Shown: positions 1 through 14,130 of the stretch, piece after piece
Numbering within the stretch: position 1 is the first letter of the stretch
Layout: the number at the start of each line of letters is the position of its first letter
From: Paraspadella gotoi
Taxonomy: Eukaryota; Animalia; Chaetognatha
Reading direction: 5' to 3'
DNA length: 64,000 nt
Assembly: GCA_051294375.1 (NCBI GenBank)
Contig: CM119268.1
Location: 16,169,528-16,233,527, forward strand
Made by a program: the position numbers and the translations under genes
Notes under the pieces: generated by a model
Databases searched by the model: none
Told to the model about the DNA's origin: nothing
Seen by the model: the letters and a program-made list of their open reading frames with translations, nothing else

Positions 1-1548
1 GAAAAAAAAACGTAAACAAAATAAAAACAAAAAAAGAAAAAAACAAAAAAAACAAAACAAAAAAAAAAAAAGAAAATAAAAACAAAAAAAAAAAAAATAT
101 AACCAATAAAATACACAAAAAAAAATAATAACACATTAAAAAAAAAAAAGCAATAAAAAACAAAACAAAAAACGATAAAAAATAAAAAAAAAACCAAAAA
201 AAAAAATAAAAACGAAAAAAAACGAAAGAAAATAAAAAAAAAAACAAAAGAAAAAAAACAAACAAAAAAAGAACACAAAAAAAAAACCAAAAAAAGAAAA
301 AAACCAAAAAAAAAACAAACAAACAGAAAAAAAAAAAAAACTGAAAAAAAGACGAAGAAAACAAAAAAAAATAAAAATAAAAAAAAAAAAGGAACAAAAA
401 ACACAAAAAAAAAATAAAATATGAAAAACAATTAAACAACGAAAAACACAAAAAAAAAAAACAGAAAAACAAAACAAAAAAAAACTAAAGAAAAAAAACA
501 ACAAAAAAAAAACAAAAAACACACAACAACAAAAAAAAAAGAAAACTAGAAACAAAACAACAACAAAAAAAAAGAAAACAAACGAAAAAAAAAATAAAAC
601 AACAAAAAACACTAACAAAAAAAAAAAACAAACCTAAAAAATAAAAAAAAAAAAAAAATAAAAAATACGGTTACAAAAAAAATAAAGAAAAAATGACAAA
701 GATAAACAAAGAAAAAAAAATAAACAAAAAAAAAAAAAACAAAAAAAAAAAAGGCAATAAAAAAAGAAAATGCGAACATAAAAAAAAAAAAAAAATAAAA
801 AAACAAAAAAAAACAAAAAAAAAACAACAAAAACAAAAAAAACAAAAAAAAAATACATAAAAAAAAAAAACAACAAAACAAAAAAAAAACAACAAGAAAA
901 CAAAAATTAAAAGATAAAAAAAAAAAAAATAAAAACAAAAAAAAAACAAACACCAAAAAAAAAAAAAACAACTAAAACACACAAACAGAAACAAAAACAG
1001 AAATGCGGTTGGAAAAAAACAAAAACAAAACGAAAAAAAAAAAAAAAAAAAACAACAAAATAAAAGACGAAACAAAAAAAAAAAAAGAAAAAAAAAAAAT
1101 AAAAAAAAAAACCCCAAAAAAAAACCAAAAATAAAACAAAAAACCAACAAAAAACAACAAAAACCTGTATAAAAACGCAAAAAAAACAACAACAAACGCA
1201 AAATAATTCAACAAACCACAGCAAAAAAGAAGACTGCACTCAAAAAAAACTAAAAGAAAACAAAAAAACGAAGCAAACACCACAAGCGCAAAAAAAATAT
1301 GAAAACTAAATAAAAAAGCAAAACAAACCAAACAAAAAGGAACAGAAAAACATATTACTTTAAAAAAAAAAAAAACAAATAAAAACAAAAAATAAAAAAC
1401 CACAAAAAGAACAAAAAGAAAAACAAATACAAATAGAACTATAAAAAAAAACAACAAATAAAAAACAAATAAACACATAAAAAAAAACAAAAAAAGAAAA
1501 AAAAAAAAAAAAAAACAAAATACAAAAACAAAATAAAAAAAACAATAC
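1..1548. other. Low-complexity A/C-rich tract, probably junk read sequence
   Basis: Overwhelmingly A with scattered C and no periodicity; source of the spurious poly-Phe ORFs. Confidence 0.8.
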
Positions 1549-1741
1549 ACAACGAAATTGCTAATTAAAAGGAGTTCTGGAAACGTACAGAAGTAAGCAA
1601 GAAGCGAAATCAGGTTAATAAACAACTGCACAACGTCGCGACGTTTCGCTTTAAACTAAACAATCGAGATAAAAACACAACAACTAAATACAAAATAAAT
1701 AAAGATTCGTTATCATCCCAAATTAATCCTAATTAACTCAC

Positions 1742-1832
1742 GAATGGCGACGAGCTTGGCGACGTCCCCGGCCTGCCCTGGGATGGCGTGCATCGTTGTC
1801 GGCCGGCGACTTCGCGGCACGTATGCCAACAA
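1742..1832 (-). CDS. Candidate isolated exon, product unknown
   Basis: GC-rich island bounded by CAG and GTGAG; frame LLAYVPRSRRPTTMHAIPGQAGDVAKLVAI. Confidence 0.4.
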
Positions 1833-3500
1833 CTGGCAATTCGAAGGAAGAAGGGTGGCGTTGGAAGGGAGGCGCGGCCACGAGCATCAGGCCGGCTGAA
1901 GGGGCGGCCCGAGGATGGAGGCGGGCCGAGGAGGAAAGTTGAGCGTCGCATGGAAAGGAAAAAAAGGCGGAAGTGTGTTTGGTTAAGAGTCTAATTTAAC
2001 TTAATTTTTTAATATTTTTTAGAATTTTTTAGTTCTAGTTAAAGTATCTGTGTTCAAATTTAAACTCTTTTTTTTTTTCCTTGACGATATTTTCTGATCT
2101 CCGTTTCTCAGTCGACTTCTTCAGACTCATTTAAGCCACAGGTTTTTTAGGAGGCGTTAGGAAACATGAGAGGATGCTCTCCTCTGTTTCTCTCTCTCTT
2201 TCTTTCTCTTTCTCTCTCTCTATCTCTCTCTCTCTCTCTTTTCCCTATTGTTGCAGATTTGAGAAACAAAGAGCACTGTTCGCCGTTGGAGGTCAAGAAA
2301 AATGGTTTTGTTGTGAGCAGAGAGGAGAGAGAGAGAGAGAGAGCAAGAGGAGAGAGAGAGAGAGAGAGAGAGAAGAGAGAGAAGAGAGAGAAAGGATTCG
2401 CGCCAAGAGGACATATATATGCAAAGAAGGTTGTGGATTCTAATGCAAACAAGAAAAGCAGCACCTGCTTCGCGTAGTTTGGTAAAAACTAAATGTTATT
2501 TTCCTTTCTGCATAAGAGGGGAGGGGTAGGAAAAAAAGTATTTTTCGAATTCTAATCATTAAAAACACTGATTTAAATTCTGTTATTTTCATTCGAAAGA
2601 GAATAAGAAACGAAATCACATTCCAGGAGCCACAACACGATTTCTTAGCGGTTTTCATTCGCTAAAGGTACAAAAATCACAATCATAAGCTCCAAAAAAA
2701 AAGAAGATGCAAAAAGCTGAGAAAAAAAATTTATAAAGCTCCGACACCCGTTCTTCTTTTCTGAATTTGAAATGGACGTCAAAAAATCATTTTAGAAGAG
2801 TATTATATATTTATAAATTTGAGTCACTAAGTGTAAAAAAGCCCAAATTTGACACAACCAAGATATTAATCATATTAGGAGAGGAAAAGATCGTTTAAAA
2901 AGCCGTGGGAAAAAGGGGAGGAAAAGAAGAAAAGAAAAAAAAAGAAGAAATAATAACAAAGAAACGCGCGAGAGAATAATTGACGAAGAAAGAGGGAATT
3001 GCGACGGTTTTCCTCCCAAAAATAAAGTTAGTGCATTCGTGAGCATGAATTTCAAATCGGCTTCAAGTTAAGCGGGGTTTTTTAAGGTTCGCCATTAACC
3101 GACCCCGAACCGCCGAAAATCCTATCTTAATACAAAACGACGGTTCAGCCGCTCACGTTTTAATCGCCTCGAACGCTTTTAACCGATTCCTCTTTTCAAA
3201 TGGTTCATTTCGCTGTTTTTAAAACTCGGTGTTTTCTTTCGCATACCGCTCCTCTCTGCCACTCCATGTGTTCAGGCCAAAATAACCATCAACTGCCTTC
3301 CTTTAACCCTCGGTCCCTAGTCATTTTCCACTCTAACATTTGTTGCTTTGCACCCTGCCACTTCTGTGCTACATCTTCACCGCCCACGCGCTATCCCCAG
3401 CTCCTCCAGTCACGTCCGTTGCTTTAAGCTATTTCGTCATTATCTCATTCCTTCCACTTAAATCTGATCCCCTCGCTTTCTCTTTCTCTCTCCTCTCTCT

Positions 3501-3563
<63 letters not shown>

Positions 3564-3912
3564 TCTCTCTCTATTTCTTTTCACATACTGTTGATGTGTG
3601 GCTGTTGCACATCTGTCGTCAAGCCTTTTCAACCATTTTGCGAGTAGCAAAGTAAAATCATCTTTAGAAAAGAGTCAATGTCTAATACAAAGTGTATTTT
3701 ATTTTCAATTTTATGATGTTTATTCTCTTCAGATTTTTTCAGTATTGCCTCCGATATCGAAAAAACCTTCCTTGTTGCTTCTTGTTTTTCTTAGTATTAA
3801 TTATTAATTAAATATTAATTAATTATAAATTCATTTATACCTTATAAACGAGTTACTTTCAACCCTCGGCTCTCTCATTCCATTTCGTCTTTTTTTTATT
3901 TTTTAACTTCTG

Positions 3913-3998
3913 TTTTTAGTTGCGGGAAACTGATTATAAGTCACTTTTTGGTCGGTCGTCCGTCCGTCCGTCAGTATGTCTGTTCGTACGTCTCGTCC
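3913..3998 (+). mobile_element. DINE-1/HINE-like (Helentron-associated) element remnant
   Basis: TTTTAGTTGCG...TATAAGTCACT followed by (GTCC)n/GTCG repeats; a related inverted tract lies at about 5178-5210. Confidence 0.3.
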
Positions 3999-5396
3999 AA
4001 TCATTAAACGACTGTGCCTATAAGTTTGGTTGCTGCCCGTCATTTGTTAAAATGAAATCTAAATACTCGGGACCATTGTTAAAGATAAGTATGAAGTAAG
4101 AAAAGTAATGCGGCGCAACACCTTGAAATAACGTTCCTTGTTAACTCTTTTTTTCCACCCTTTCCTGTCGGTCGTTGGTTTCTTTCTTTTTTCTTTCTTT
4201 CTTCGCGGCTTCTTTATTTTTCTTGTTTAGACTTTTATGGTACAGTAAATTGTTTCACCCCGATGACGATTTGCAGCAAAAGGGCGGCGACGACGGCGGA
4301 ATGAGACCGCGAAAAAAAAAAATGCGAACGACGAAAAGCGACACGACGACGACGAGAGACGATCGATGACGACAAACAACTGAAAAGAAAACAAAAGAAA
4401 AAAGAAATTAATGTGGGGGAGCTAACTCGGTAAGGTGGTTAAGAAATTTGAATCAAAGCTCCTGCTCAAGACCAAAATTTAAACATTTTTTTATAAAAAT
4501 TTGAATAGACTAAAAAAAATTAATATTACTCATACCCATATATTAATTTTTTAATATTTATTTTATGAATAGGAAAGGCCCAAAATTTTTTAGAATTTTT
4601 TTATTTAGGATAGATCAGGCTCAAAGTTGAAGGTATATTTTTGAATTTTATATATAAGTGGTAAAAATTGAACTATTTGGTAAGACATTTGTATTTAGAC
4701 TTTCTCTTTTGTTGTTATTTGACTCTTGAGTCGCAAACATGTCCGATTTTTATTTGTAAAAAATAAAACGAATTGTTGTTAAAAAAAAGCAACAATAAAG
4801 CATTAAAATCGAGCTTTTTTTTTTTTAAACCCGCCTCCATTGAATTAATTTCCATAAGTAAGATTTCGTATTAATGTTAAAAAATGATGCGTTGACGTCC
4901 AAAAGAAGACGACGAAGACGAAGCAAATTGTAAGCGAACAAGAACGGGTAATACAATGTGTCCCCACAGTGACTTTATTTTCAGCGTTTATTTCCCTTTG
5001 ATCACACTGATATGACATGACATGACATGACTATAAACTTTTTTGCTCGTGTATTGAAGACATGCGCTGCAGCAAAACCATTTTTAATTCTTTATAGTTT
5101 TAGGGAATTCTGAAAGCGGGCGCCTAGCAGTCCTTAGTTTTTGAGGTTTTTTCTGATTAACAAATGAGCACGTAAGTGGGACGGACCGACGACAGACATA
5201 CCGACACGCAGTGCAAGTTGACTAATTCAAACTATGGGTGGCGCCCATAATTAAAACGAAGATAATGACGATATATGTTGCAAGATAAAACAATGACAAT
5301 GATAACATAGACAAGGGATGACATGGAAAAATAGTTGAGATAACGATAGGAATGTTTAATGAGAAGAGAGGAGGGAGAGAGAGAGAGAGGAGAGAG

Positions 5397-5429
<33 letters not shown>

Positions 5430-5902
5430 CAAAGAGAAAGAAGCGAGGTTTAAGTAGATGAGGCGTTGATAACAAACGGAAGAGTTACCTGATAATTTTT
5501 TTTGTTCATCATAATGTTCATAAATGATGAAGGTCGATTAATAGATTGTTGCTAAGAATTAGAGACTGATATATGGTAGATTGACTATAAAGATGGATGG
5601 TAAGAAAATGGATAAAAAATATAAATAGAGCGAAAAGCAAAACTCTAGAATTTTAAATTTGACAGAGGATTTAACCCTGAGTAATAAAATTAAATCTAAT
5701 GAACTGCTGAAAGATGAGGTTACTGTATTTAATGCTCATTTAGACTTTCTGGCGTACCAAATAAAACGAGACCAACATCAAAAACTTTTAGAATCATCTT
5801 CGTTTCAATTTTATTTCTCATGCTCAATTTAGAAAGAGGCGAAGAGATGTAAAAAAAAAAGAGGAGATATATATATATATATATAAGAGAGAGAAGAGAA
5901 GA

Positions 5903-5952
<50 letters not shown>

Positions 5953-7034
5953 AGAGAGAGAAAGAGAAAGAGAGAGAGAGAGAAAAAGAGAGAAAAAGAG
6001 NNNNNNNNNNNNNNNNNNNNNNNNNAAAGAGAAAGAGAGAGAGAGAGCGAGCAATAATAAAAACCTTACAATTCCATGTCTTTTCTCAATTTCCTCCAAA
6101 CCTTACATTCGTCAGTCGTTACACACGATGTTCATCTTTTCCTCGCAGGAATAAAAGAAGAAGGAATCTCTTTTTTTCTTTTTCATTTCCTCAACCATAT
6201 CTCCTCGTTTTCCCTAAATTATGGATCCCATAAAAAATTCACTCAGTTTCATTCTTTTATCGAATCGTAACGTTTTTGGTTTACGACCGCTCCTCTTTTT
6301 CAAGCGCTGGGGCAAAAGGGGCCCGTCAAGGGGGCGTCTTCAGCCCTATACTCCGGTTCTTCTCCGGTTTTTAACTATCTTTACGACTTATTATTTTTTT
6401 TTTGAAGTCCCGGTACTTTTGGTTTTAAAGGTTCCCTCTGCACGGAATCTCGGAGAAGGAGGTTTTTAATACAATTTCTGAGATTTACGTTTAAAAAAAA
6501 AGTAATTTTTTGTTTTGATTCGCGTCCGACTTCACTGGAGCAAAAAAGGTATGTATCAACTGAGAGTGGGGCTACTAAATTTTTTAGACGAAATAGTATT
6601 TGTGGAATTTTTTTACATGTTTAATCAAATTCGAATTATAAAAATAGTATCAAATTATACTTAATTTCTTCCAGACATTGAGTAGTATCGGAAGATTTCA
6701 TATTTTTTTTTAAGGAATGTTGTATGGATTGGATATATTGTGGAGAATCTTTAAACTCACCTTCTCACGTTAGACTTTCTTATCTCCCACTTTCCCTACC
6801 CACTACTCAACCTTACCTCATTCGGACGTCCGCTTTCACGGAAGGTCAACCCCTTTCTTCCCACTTCAACACCCCAGTCAGCTCCCCCCCCCCTCGGCTT
6901 CAGTCTCACTCCTGGCGTGATGTCTCCGTTTTTTGAATATTAATGCCAAATGCTAATTCGATGGAAAGCCCACTTTTTTTCGCTCTCTCGCTCGCTTTCT
7001 ATTTTTTTATCCTCATCTTTTTTTTTCTCCTTCC

Positions 7035-7079
<45 letters not shown>

Positions 7080-10000
7080 CAAGGCCGCAATTTATTTTTT
7101 TAGCTCTCCATTACAGATTCGTTTGGTGGAGCTGAGAGAGGGAGGAAAGAAGGAAGAAAAAGGAAAAGTTTAAAAAAGATTGAAAATATCAAGGCACAGT
7201 ATCGTGGTTAAATATTTAACCAGAGTCAGTTGAGGAGGTTGAAATAAAAACAGAAGACTAGGTTTCTTTTGGGTGCAAGTTCGGCGAGGGAGAGTCAAAC
7301 ACAGATATCATTACTCCCTTGTAAAAAAAAGGAAAAACGATAGGACGAAGAGAACAATGGGACAATCCCTTAAAACTAAAAGCGATCTTTCTGAAGTAAT
7401 GAGAATATCAAAGTTTGAGCAAAAAATAAGCACACGTCCGAAGGCAACCCAGATGTGACTAGGGAGGAAGAATAAAATATCAAACAAAAATGAACAAAAG
7501 AAACGTGCGTCGTCGTCGTCGTCTTAGTCCTTAACATCAACACTTCCCAATTTCAGGTTATTGAAAATCTAATTTTTTCTAGCTTAAAGAATAAATCATT
7601 AATTAATTAATTAACAATAATGTAATAACAATTAATTATAAATAGATTCGTCATGTAGGGGGTCAATTGAAAATAATCATAAACGTTCGTTCAAAGATTA
7701 AAAAACAATGATAGTGAAGACAAACGTCCAATCTTTAGATTAACCAGTGACTTTAAATCACTTTCAAGGAGCAAGTGAAGATAAAAGTGAATGCTGACAA
7801 AAGAACATAAATTTTAAAAGAATCTTTAGTAATATAATTTTTATATATTATGTGAAAAAGAAAATAGAGAGAAATTTAAAACTGTTGTGAATTAATATTT
7901 AAACGGTGAAAATGAAAGATTTATATCAAGATACAAAATATTTTAGAAGAGCGAATGAGGAGAAGGTTCAAGCCGAAGGCATCGTCATCTCTCCCTTTCC
8001 TCATCCTCTTCTCCTCGAGCTCGCAGGATTTCGGGGGTTTCAGTTCCCGTTTTCGTACCATTTACTGTTAATTTTGGACCTTATTTTTCTCTTTTAATAA
8101 CGCTTTTTCCTTCACTCAAGTATTATTTTGCCAGACGTGATTTAGGGGAAGCAAAAAAAAAAAAAAAAAAAAAACTGGGAGGGAAATCTTGTGATGAAAG
8201 CAAAAACAAATTGTGTATACTTATAGAAAATCGTAAAGATATCAACAATCAAATTTTCCTGGATCAGAAAAGAAGTGAGAGGATAAAGACACAATGAAAA
8301 TAGCGTAACGTTACTGTTCGTGCATAAAAAAACTTCACTGTTCAATAATATTATATTTTTTTTATTTTTGAAACGTTATATTTCATATGTTGATATCCAA
8401 AATATCAATGCAAATTTTTTTTTGTTTTTTAGATATAAACGATTATAGGGTGAAGATGATAAATTTTTTAAAAATTTACTTATTCATATTTATTCATAGA
8501 ACGTAATAGAAAAAATAAAAAAATAATAGTACTAATAGTTATGTTATGTCTCAAATAGATGGGAAAAAAAACCTCATTAAAAATTGATCGGGACTGGGGT
8601 AACTAAGGCTTACCAATGGCACCTCACGCCGATTGTTCTCTCAAATATTTTTTTTATTAATACATTTGAAAGGGAAAAAAAAGAAAATTTGGAATGCAGG
8701 TGCAGAAAGGGTACAGATAATCTGCAACTTATTGACATGATAACCATGACCTTTATATCTTGTGAAATGGGGGCAGTAAAGAATCTAAAAATTTCATCAT
8801 TAAGTCAGTCAATGAACCCTTTCCAATGGCTATTACGAAAAATATTTTTTCTTAATTAAATTGATGATAAATAATAGAATTAAATTCCTTGCTATATTTA
8901 AAAAAATATATTTAAAACAATTTAAACACAATGATGGTTTTGGCTTGTGCAAATATGTTACCAGCTATATATCGATTTTTAACAACTTTATTATGATAAA
9001 CAAAGCAGTGTGTCAAGCTTTTTAGTTTGTAGTTAAAGATAATGAAAAATGACGATTTTTTTTTTCACAACAAGAAAGTAGATTCCATACTGTTTATATC
9101 AGCTGAAAACATTTTTGTTTTATTATTTTAATATTTAAAAATAATTTATCAAGCTACAAACATAAATTTTACTTGTTTTTTACTTTAATGCAAATATAAG
9201 CAATTTTATGGAATAAAAAAAATTTAATATAACAAAATGTAATTCATCTTTCCTTTCAAATTACAAAGAAAAAGAACAATTTTATATGTTTCATTGAATT
9301 TTAAAGCAGACAAACTGTTTAACTTTACTCTAATTAAACAAAAGCTGTGTAATATTTATGGATTTAATTAATAAAATCTTTTAGAAAGTTGTCCATGATT
9401 AGGGCTTTAATTTGATACCACATCACCTGCTACCTGTTTTCTTTCAAAAGTTATTTAAAAAATATTTTTTTAAAATTACGCAGTACAAATCTTTGTTAAA
9501 TTAAAAATTTCGGCAAGGCGGGAGTACTCTACGTATTTCTATGGACAATACTTATATTTCAAAATAAAATTGAAGAAAATTTTTTTTGTCATTTTGAGAC
9601 ATATCACTTTTAGATGTACCATCATATAATAATTTATTTATTTAATTCCCCAAAAAAGCCTAATTATAAAGTTGAAATTTTTCAAATGTTGGAAAAAAAA
9701 TTTCGTCGACCTATGTCATTAGAATATGGTTTTGCATAGAAAATCAAAATATAAAAAAATAAAAAAATCAGCCTCTAAAAAAATCGAAAAGGCTAGAGGC
9801 TGATTTTTTTAGAATTGCAAAAATTTTTTCCCTGACTCATAATCATTCTCTCAAGTTCAAAATATTTTTTTCCAAAAATCATTCAATCAATTTTTTTATA
9901 ATTTAAATGTTTTATGAGTTGTTTTTGTTGAAAGAATTGAAAAAAAAGTGATATAATAATTATATAAGGTTTTTGAAAAATACCTTTAAAATATAACTAA

Positions 10001-11053
10001 TTAACACAAAGGAATAACAGCAGAAAACTTCCCATTCATAAAGAAAATGAAATGAATTTGTCATATTGTTATTTGATTAATTGACTAATACACAACAAAT
10101 GATTCATATAAAATTGAGGAAATGATGGTAAAAAATATCATCTTGGTCCGGTTAACTATTAGGTTATTGTTAAAGTTTTTTTTAATAATAATTAATATTT
10201 TTTTTGCATTATCAAAGCAATGGTCTAAAATTTGTAAGCGTTTCGGAGCTATATTGCTTCATCTTTTTTACTATTTTTGATCAAGTTAGGTTTTTGTGGG
10301 TTAAGGGTTAGGTCAGATAGAGTAATATCAGTAGTGTATATCGCACATATTACCAAAGTAATGATCTATTAATTTGGTCAGAAACAATTTTAACGGACAA
10401 AATCAGCACGAGACCGTTTCCCACGTTATTTTTCATTGTGTCATAAAAAGAAAAAAGAGAGGAGAAAAACTTGAACTTTTTTTTCTGTTTCGTTGAGTAA
10501 GATGACGAAAAGAGCGAATCTCGTTACGCTCTCTCGCGCTGAAAGAGAGAGAACGAAAAAGGCGGAAACGAAAAAAAGAGTTTAAAAAATAAACGAGAAG
10601 CGGAAAAATGATTTGAGAACGGAAAAAAGTCTCTCACTGATTCCTCCAGCCATTTGGTGTCATTGCGTCAATGTCCTTTCGGTTCGTCGCTCGGGTTCAG
10701 AAATATTTTGGAAGACCTGGCTGTCCGTCTGTCCGTATGCCCTTCCGTCGAAAAGGCTGCCTGCATAATTTTTGTCGATTTGTCTTTAATTTGACTTATT
10801 TTTTTGTCTTGCTTTTTTCCTTTTTTTCATTCTTTCCTTCTTTCTTTCTTTCTTTCTTTCTTTCCTTCTTTTCCTTCTTTCCTTCTTATCTTTTCTTTTT
10901 TTCTTTTCTTCTTTTTCTTTTCTTCTTTCTTTCTTATTTTATCTTTTTCTCTTTTTTCTTTTCTTCTTTCTTTCTTTCTTTTCTTTTTTCTTCTTTTTCT
11001 CTGTTTTTGTCTTTCTTTCCTCCTTTCTCCTTTTTCTTGATTTTTTCTTTTAC

Positions 11054-11159
11054 CTGCAATCGCGGTCGATGTTGGCAGGGCAGAGGAGTCCTCGTCGGTA
11101 GAGAAGGATGAGGAGAATAAGGCAAATAATGATGATTGGAATCGAAGCCACGATCACCA
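11054..11159 (-). CDS. Transmembrane exon of a single-pass receptor
   Basis: Acceptor tttttAG, donor CAG|GTAAAA. VIVASIPIIIICLILLILLYRRGLLCPANIDRDC is a classic type I TM helix with an RR stop-transfer. Confidence 0.8.
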
Positions 11160-11263
11160 CTAAAAAATAGAGAGACGCTAATTATAATTTAATTTGTAAT
11201 ATGTAAATAAATAAATAGATAGATAATTAAGGATATATAGATAGGTAGATCCCCGTCCCGAAC

Positions 11264-11453
11264 CTAGCGAGAGCTCGAAGAGGCCCGAGTTAAGCGCTGC
11301 TCCGTCCGGTCTGATGATGAGCGAAGGATTGGGATTTCCCGAGAGAATTTCCTTCATGTTGCCGAGGGTGATGTTCTTGACAGCGCGGCCGGTGACGGTG
11401 TCGACGACGAGCTGGAGGGCGACTCCCGTCACGGGGGTGCGACCCTGGGAGGG
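11264..11453 (-). CDS. Juxtamembrane extracellular exon
   Basis: Acceptor ccacccgCAG. PSQGRTPVTGVALQLVVDTVTGRAVKNITLGN...SGLFELSL; phase-1 end joins the TM exon across a 104-nt intron. Confidence 0.7.
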
Positions 11454-11549
11454 CTGCGGGTGGAGTGGTTGAGGAGAGTGTCGAAGGGTGAAAGAAAATA
11501 TTCGTCTATTTCGCTGCGTTTATTAAATCTAGCAAAAAACAAAATATAT

Positions 11550-11634
11550 CCTGTAAGTGAGATGGAGGGGCAGGGGCAAGATATCTTATTTATCGAATGA
11601 ATGGATAGTTTTATATTGGTTGTACGGAATTCAT
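11550..11634 (+). repeat. Short dispersed repeat, copy 1
   Basis: caggggcaagatatcttatttatcgaatgaatggatagttttatattggttgtac matches the repeat core. Confidence 0.8.
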
Positions 11635-12969
11635 ACGTTAGAATTTATCAATGAGAGTCTTTGAAACGGGAAGTACAGTTTTTTTTTTTTTTTTTTCTTT
11701 TCCTTTAATCTCAAATTCTAATATTACACACCGTTAGTTATAAGAACTCGATAACTACCCGAGGTCAACGGTTCCCAGGGCATCAAGGTGCAGGTTTCTA
11801 CTCTCTACTCCCATCCACCCTGGACCTCCCCCTTCCCCCGCCCCCAATAACGGCTCCGCCGCCATATTCTCGATGCAATTGAATCAGTGAGGAGGGCAGN
11901 NNNNNNNNNNNNNNNNNNNNNNNNCGACGACGACGACGACGACGAGTGAAGGAATTCTCGCTCGATTGACTTGGATCTCCGTCGAGCTTCACTCGCGATT
12001 CTTTCACCCACATTTCACGCTTTCACATTTTTCCGCCTCCAGAGGGTTCCACCCTATAGTTGCATGTTTTTTTTTCCTATGGCTTTTTATCGTTTCCTCT
12101 TTTTTAGATATATATAAAAAATAAATGTACATAGATAATTTTCTTTTAACTACCGTCGCTTTGCTTTAAGGNNNNNNNNNNNNNNNNNNNNNNNNNNNNN
12201 NNNNNNNNNNNNNNNNNNNNNNNNNNNNNNNNNNNNNNNNNNNNNNNNNNNNNNNNNNNNNNNNNNNNNNNNNNNNNNNNNNNNNNNNNNNNNNNNNNNN
12301 NNNNNNNNNNNNNNNNNGTTTTGTATCCGAAGCTCGACCCATTTCTTACGCTTCGCCGTAGCGTGAAACTATTTTTTTTGGTTGCTGTTGTCATTGCTGT
12401 TGTCGTTGTTGTTATCGTAGCAGGGCGAAGAAAAAAAAAACGATATGGTTTTCTCAAAATTTCTTTCTTTTTAATCACTTCAAGCATAAAAAGTTCTTTT
12501 TGTGTACGAACCTAAAATAACAAAAGCTCAGGGAAAGAACTCGCGACTTTAAGGGCCACGTTCATACACGCTGCGTCATTGCGATAACGCGGCGAAAAGG
12601 GACTCGTTGTCATGGCAACCCCTCGCGATTAGAATAATTCGCGCCTCGCAGAGTCGTCGGCAGGAATTTTCACAAAAATACTGTATATTTTTTTTACCCT
12701 TCTCTCCCGGAAAAAATAAGAAGGAAATTGATTGCAAAAAACAATTTCAAAATGGAATGGGAGGTAAACAATTTGTGGAATTTCGGGAATTACTTAAATA
12801 TTTCTCNNNNNNNNNNNNNNNNNNNNNNNNNNNNNNNNNNNNNNNNNNNNNNNNNNNNNNNNNNNNNNNNNNNNNNNNNNNNNNNNNNNNNNNNNNNNNN
12901 NNNNNNNNNNNNNNNNNNNNNNNNNNNNNNNNNNNNNNNNNNNNNNNNNNNNNNNNNNNNNNNNNNNNN

Positions 12970-13258
12970 ACGCCCCTCGTGTAGTAGAAGGACCCAATGC
13001 TGGAGAAGTAGCCGCGGCCCCCGTCGGCGTCGCGACTCCAGCTCGGCGCCATGACCCTCGCGCCGCCCTCCCCGGATTTCTCGTCGGCGTTTGTGTCAGC
13101 CTTGTTGTTGTTGTTATTATTTCGGTTGTTGTAAACGCTCTTGTCGAAGGGGTCGTCCTCTTTGAGCACCGACCAACCCCCGAGTGTCAACACCTTCCAG
13201 GTGATGTTGCGTCTCGTCGGCGTCGGCATGGAGACGATGAGGCAGGAGATGTTGAAGC
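12970..13258 (-). CDS. Ig domain exon, truncated by a gap
   Basis: Strong pyrimidine acceptor; uninterrupted frame FNISCLIVSMPTPTRRNITWKVL... (Ig C...P.P...itW) with a poly-Asn insert. Confidence 0.7.
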
Positions 13259-14096
13259 CTGGGGTGGGGGAGAGAGAGAGTGGGAATGAGGGAAGGGGGA
13301 AGATAAATGAAAAGAAAATATGGTAGAAGGAGGAAAAGGAGAAAAGGAAAGGAGGAAATGGAGGAAAAGAAGAAATAGAAAAGGGAAAAGAAAAATAGGA
13401 TTGAGGATTAAGGAAGGGGTAGGGGAAACGATGGAGAGGGAAGTGATAAAAATAGGAGAGGCAAATTAAAGTTCGATATATTTGTTTTCATTTGAAGAAT
13501 CATTTTTTTATGTGAACAATATGAACAATCAAGTAACTCGGAGGGCAAAGGATTCAGTTTTAAAGAGAGGGAGAAAAGAAGCCAAAGGGAAATCAACCTT
13601 CGTCCTCTTTTCTCTTTTCAAAAGTCAGAGAGCAAAAAGAGAGGCGAATGTCAGAGTAAGTCGATGGAATAATCCGTGGCACCAGTGACGTTCGACAGAT
13701 GGAACTCTATCAGTCTTGGTATATTTTTTTGGTTTCCTTTTACAACAAATGCTTTTTTTATATTTGCAATAATGCCATTATTACATAAGCACATGTTACG
13801 TAACTAAAAGAAGTAAAATAAAAAATCATGAAAGTGAAGGCCGTAAATTAAACGGATCATTAATTGAATAGAGATTAAAATTTAAAAACTTTTCTTAGTC
13901 TAAAAGTTTCGCTTCCTAGGACTTATTGAAAAGGTAATGCGAATCCCATAAAACCGGATCTCTAGGGTTATGANNNNNNNNNNNNNNNNNNNNNNNNNNN
14001 NNNNNNNNNNNNNNNNNNNNNNNNNNNNNNNNNNNNNNNNNNNNNNNNNNNNNNNNNNNNNNNNNNNNNNNNNNNNNNNNNNNNNNNNNNNNNNNN

Positions 14097-14130
<34 letters not shown>

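Noticed and set aside
136-1631. Poly-Phe membrane-protein-like ORFs
   Set aside because: Reverse translation of an A-rich junk tract.
10636-10761. Cytoplasmic exon directly after the TM exon
   Set aside because: Splice-like ends are present but all three frames contain stops; it cannot be supported without reads.
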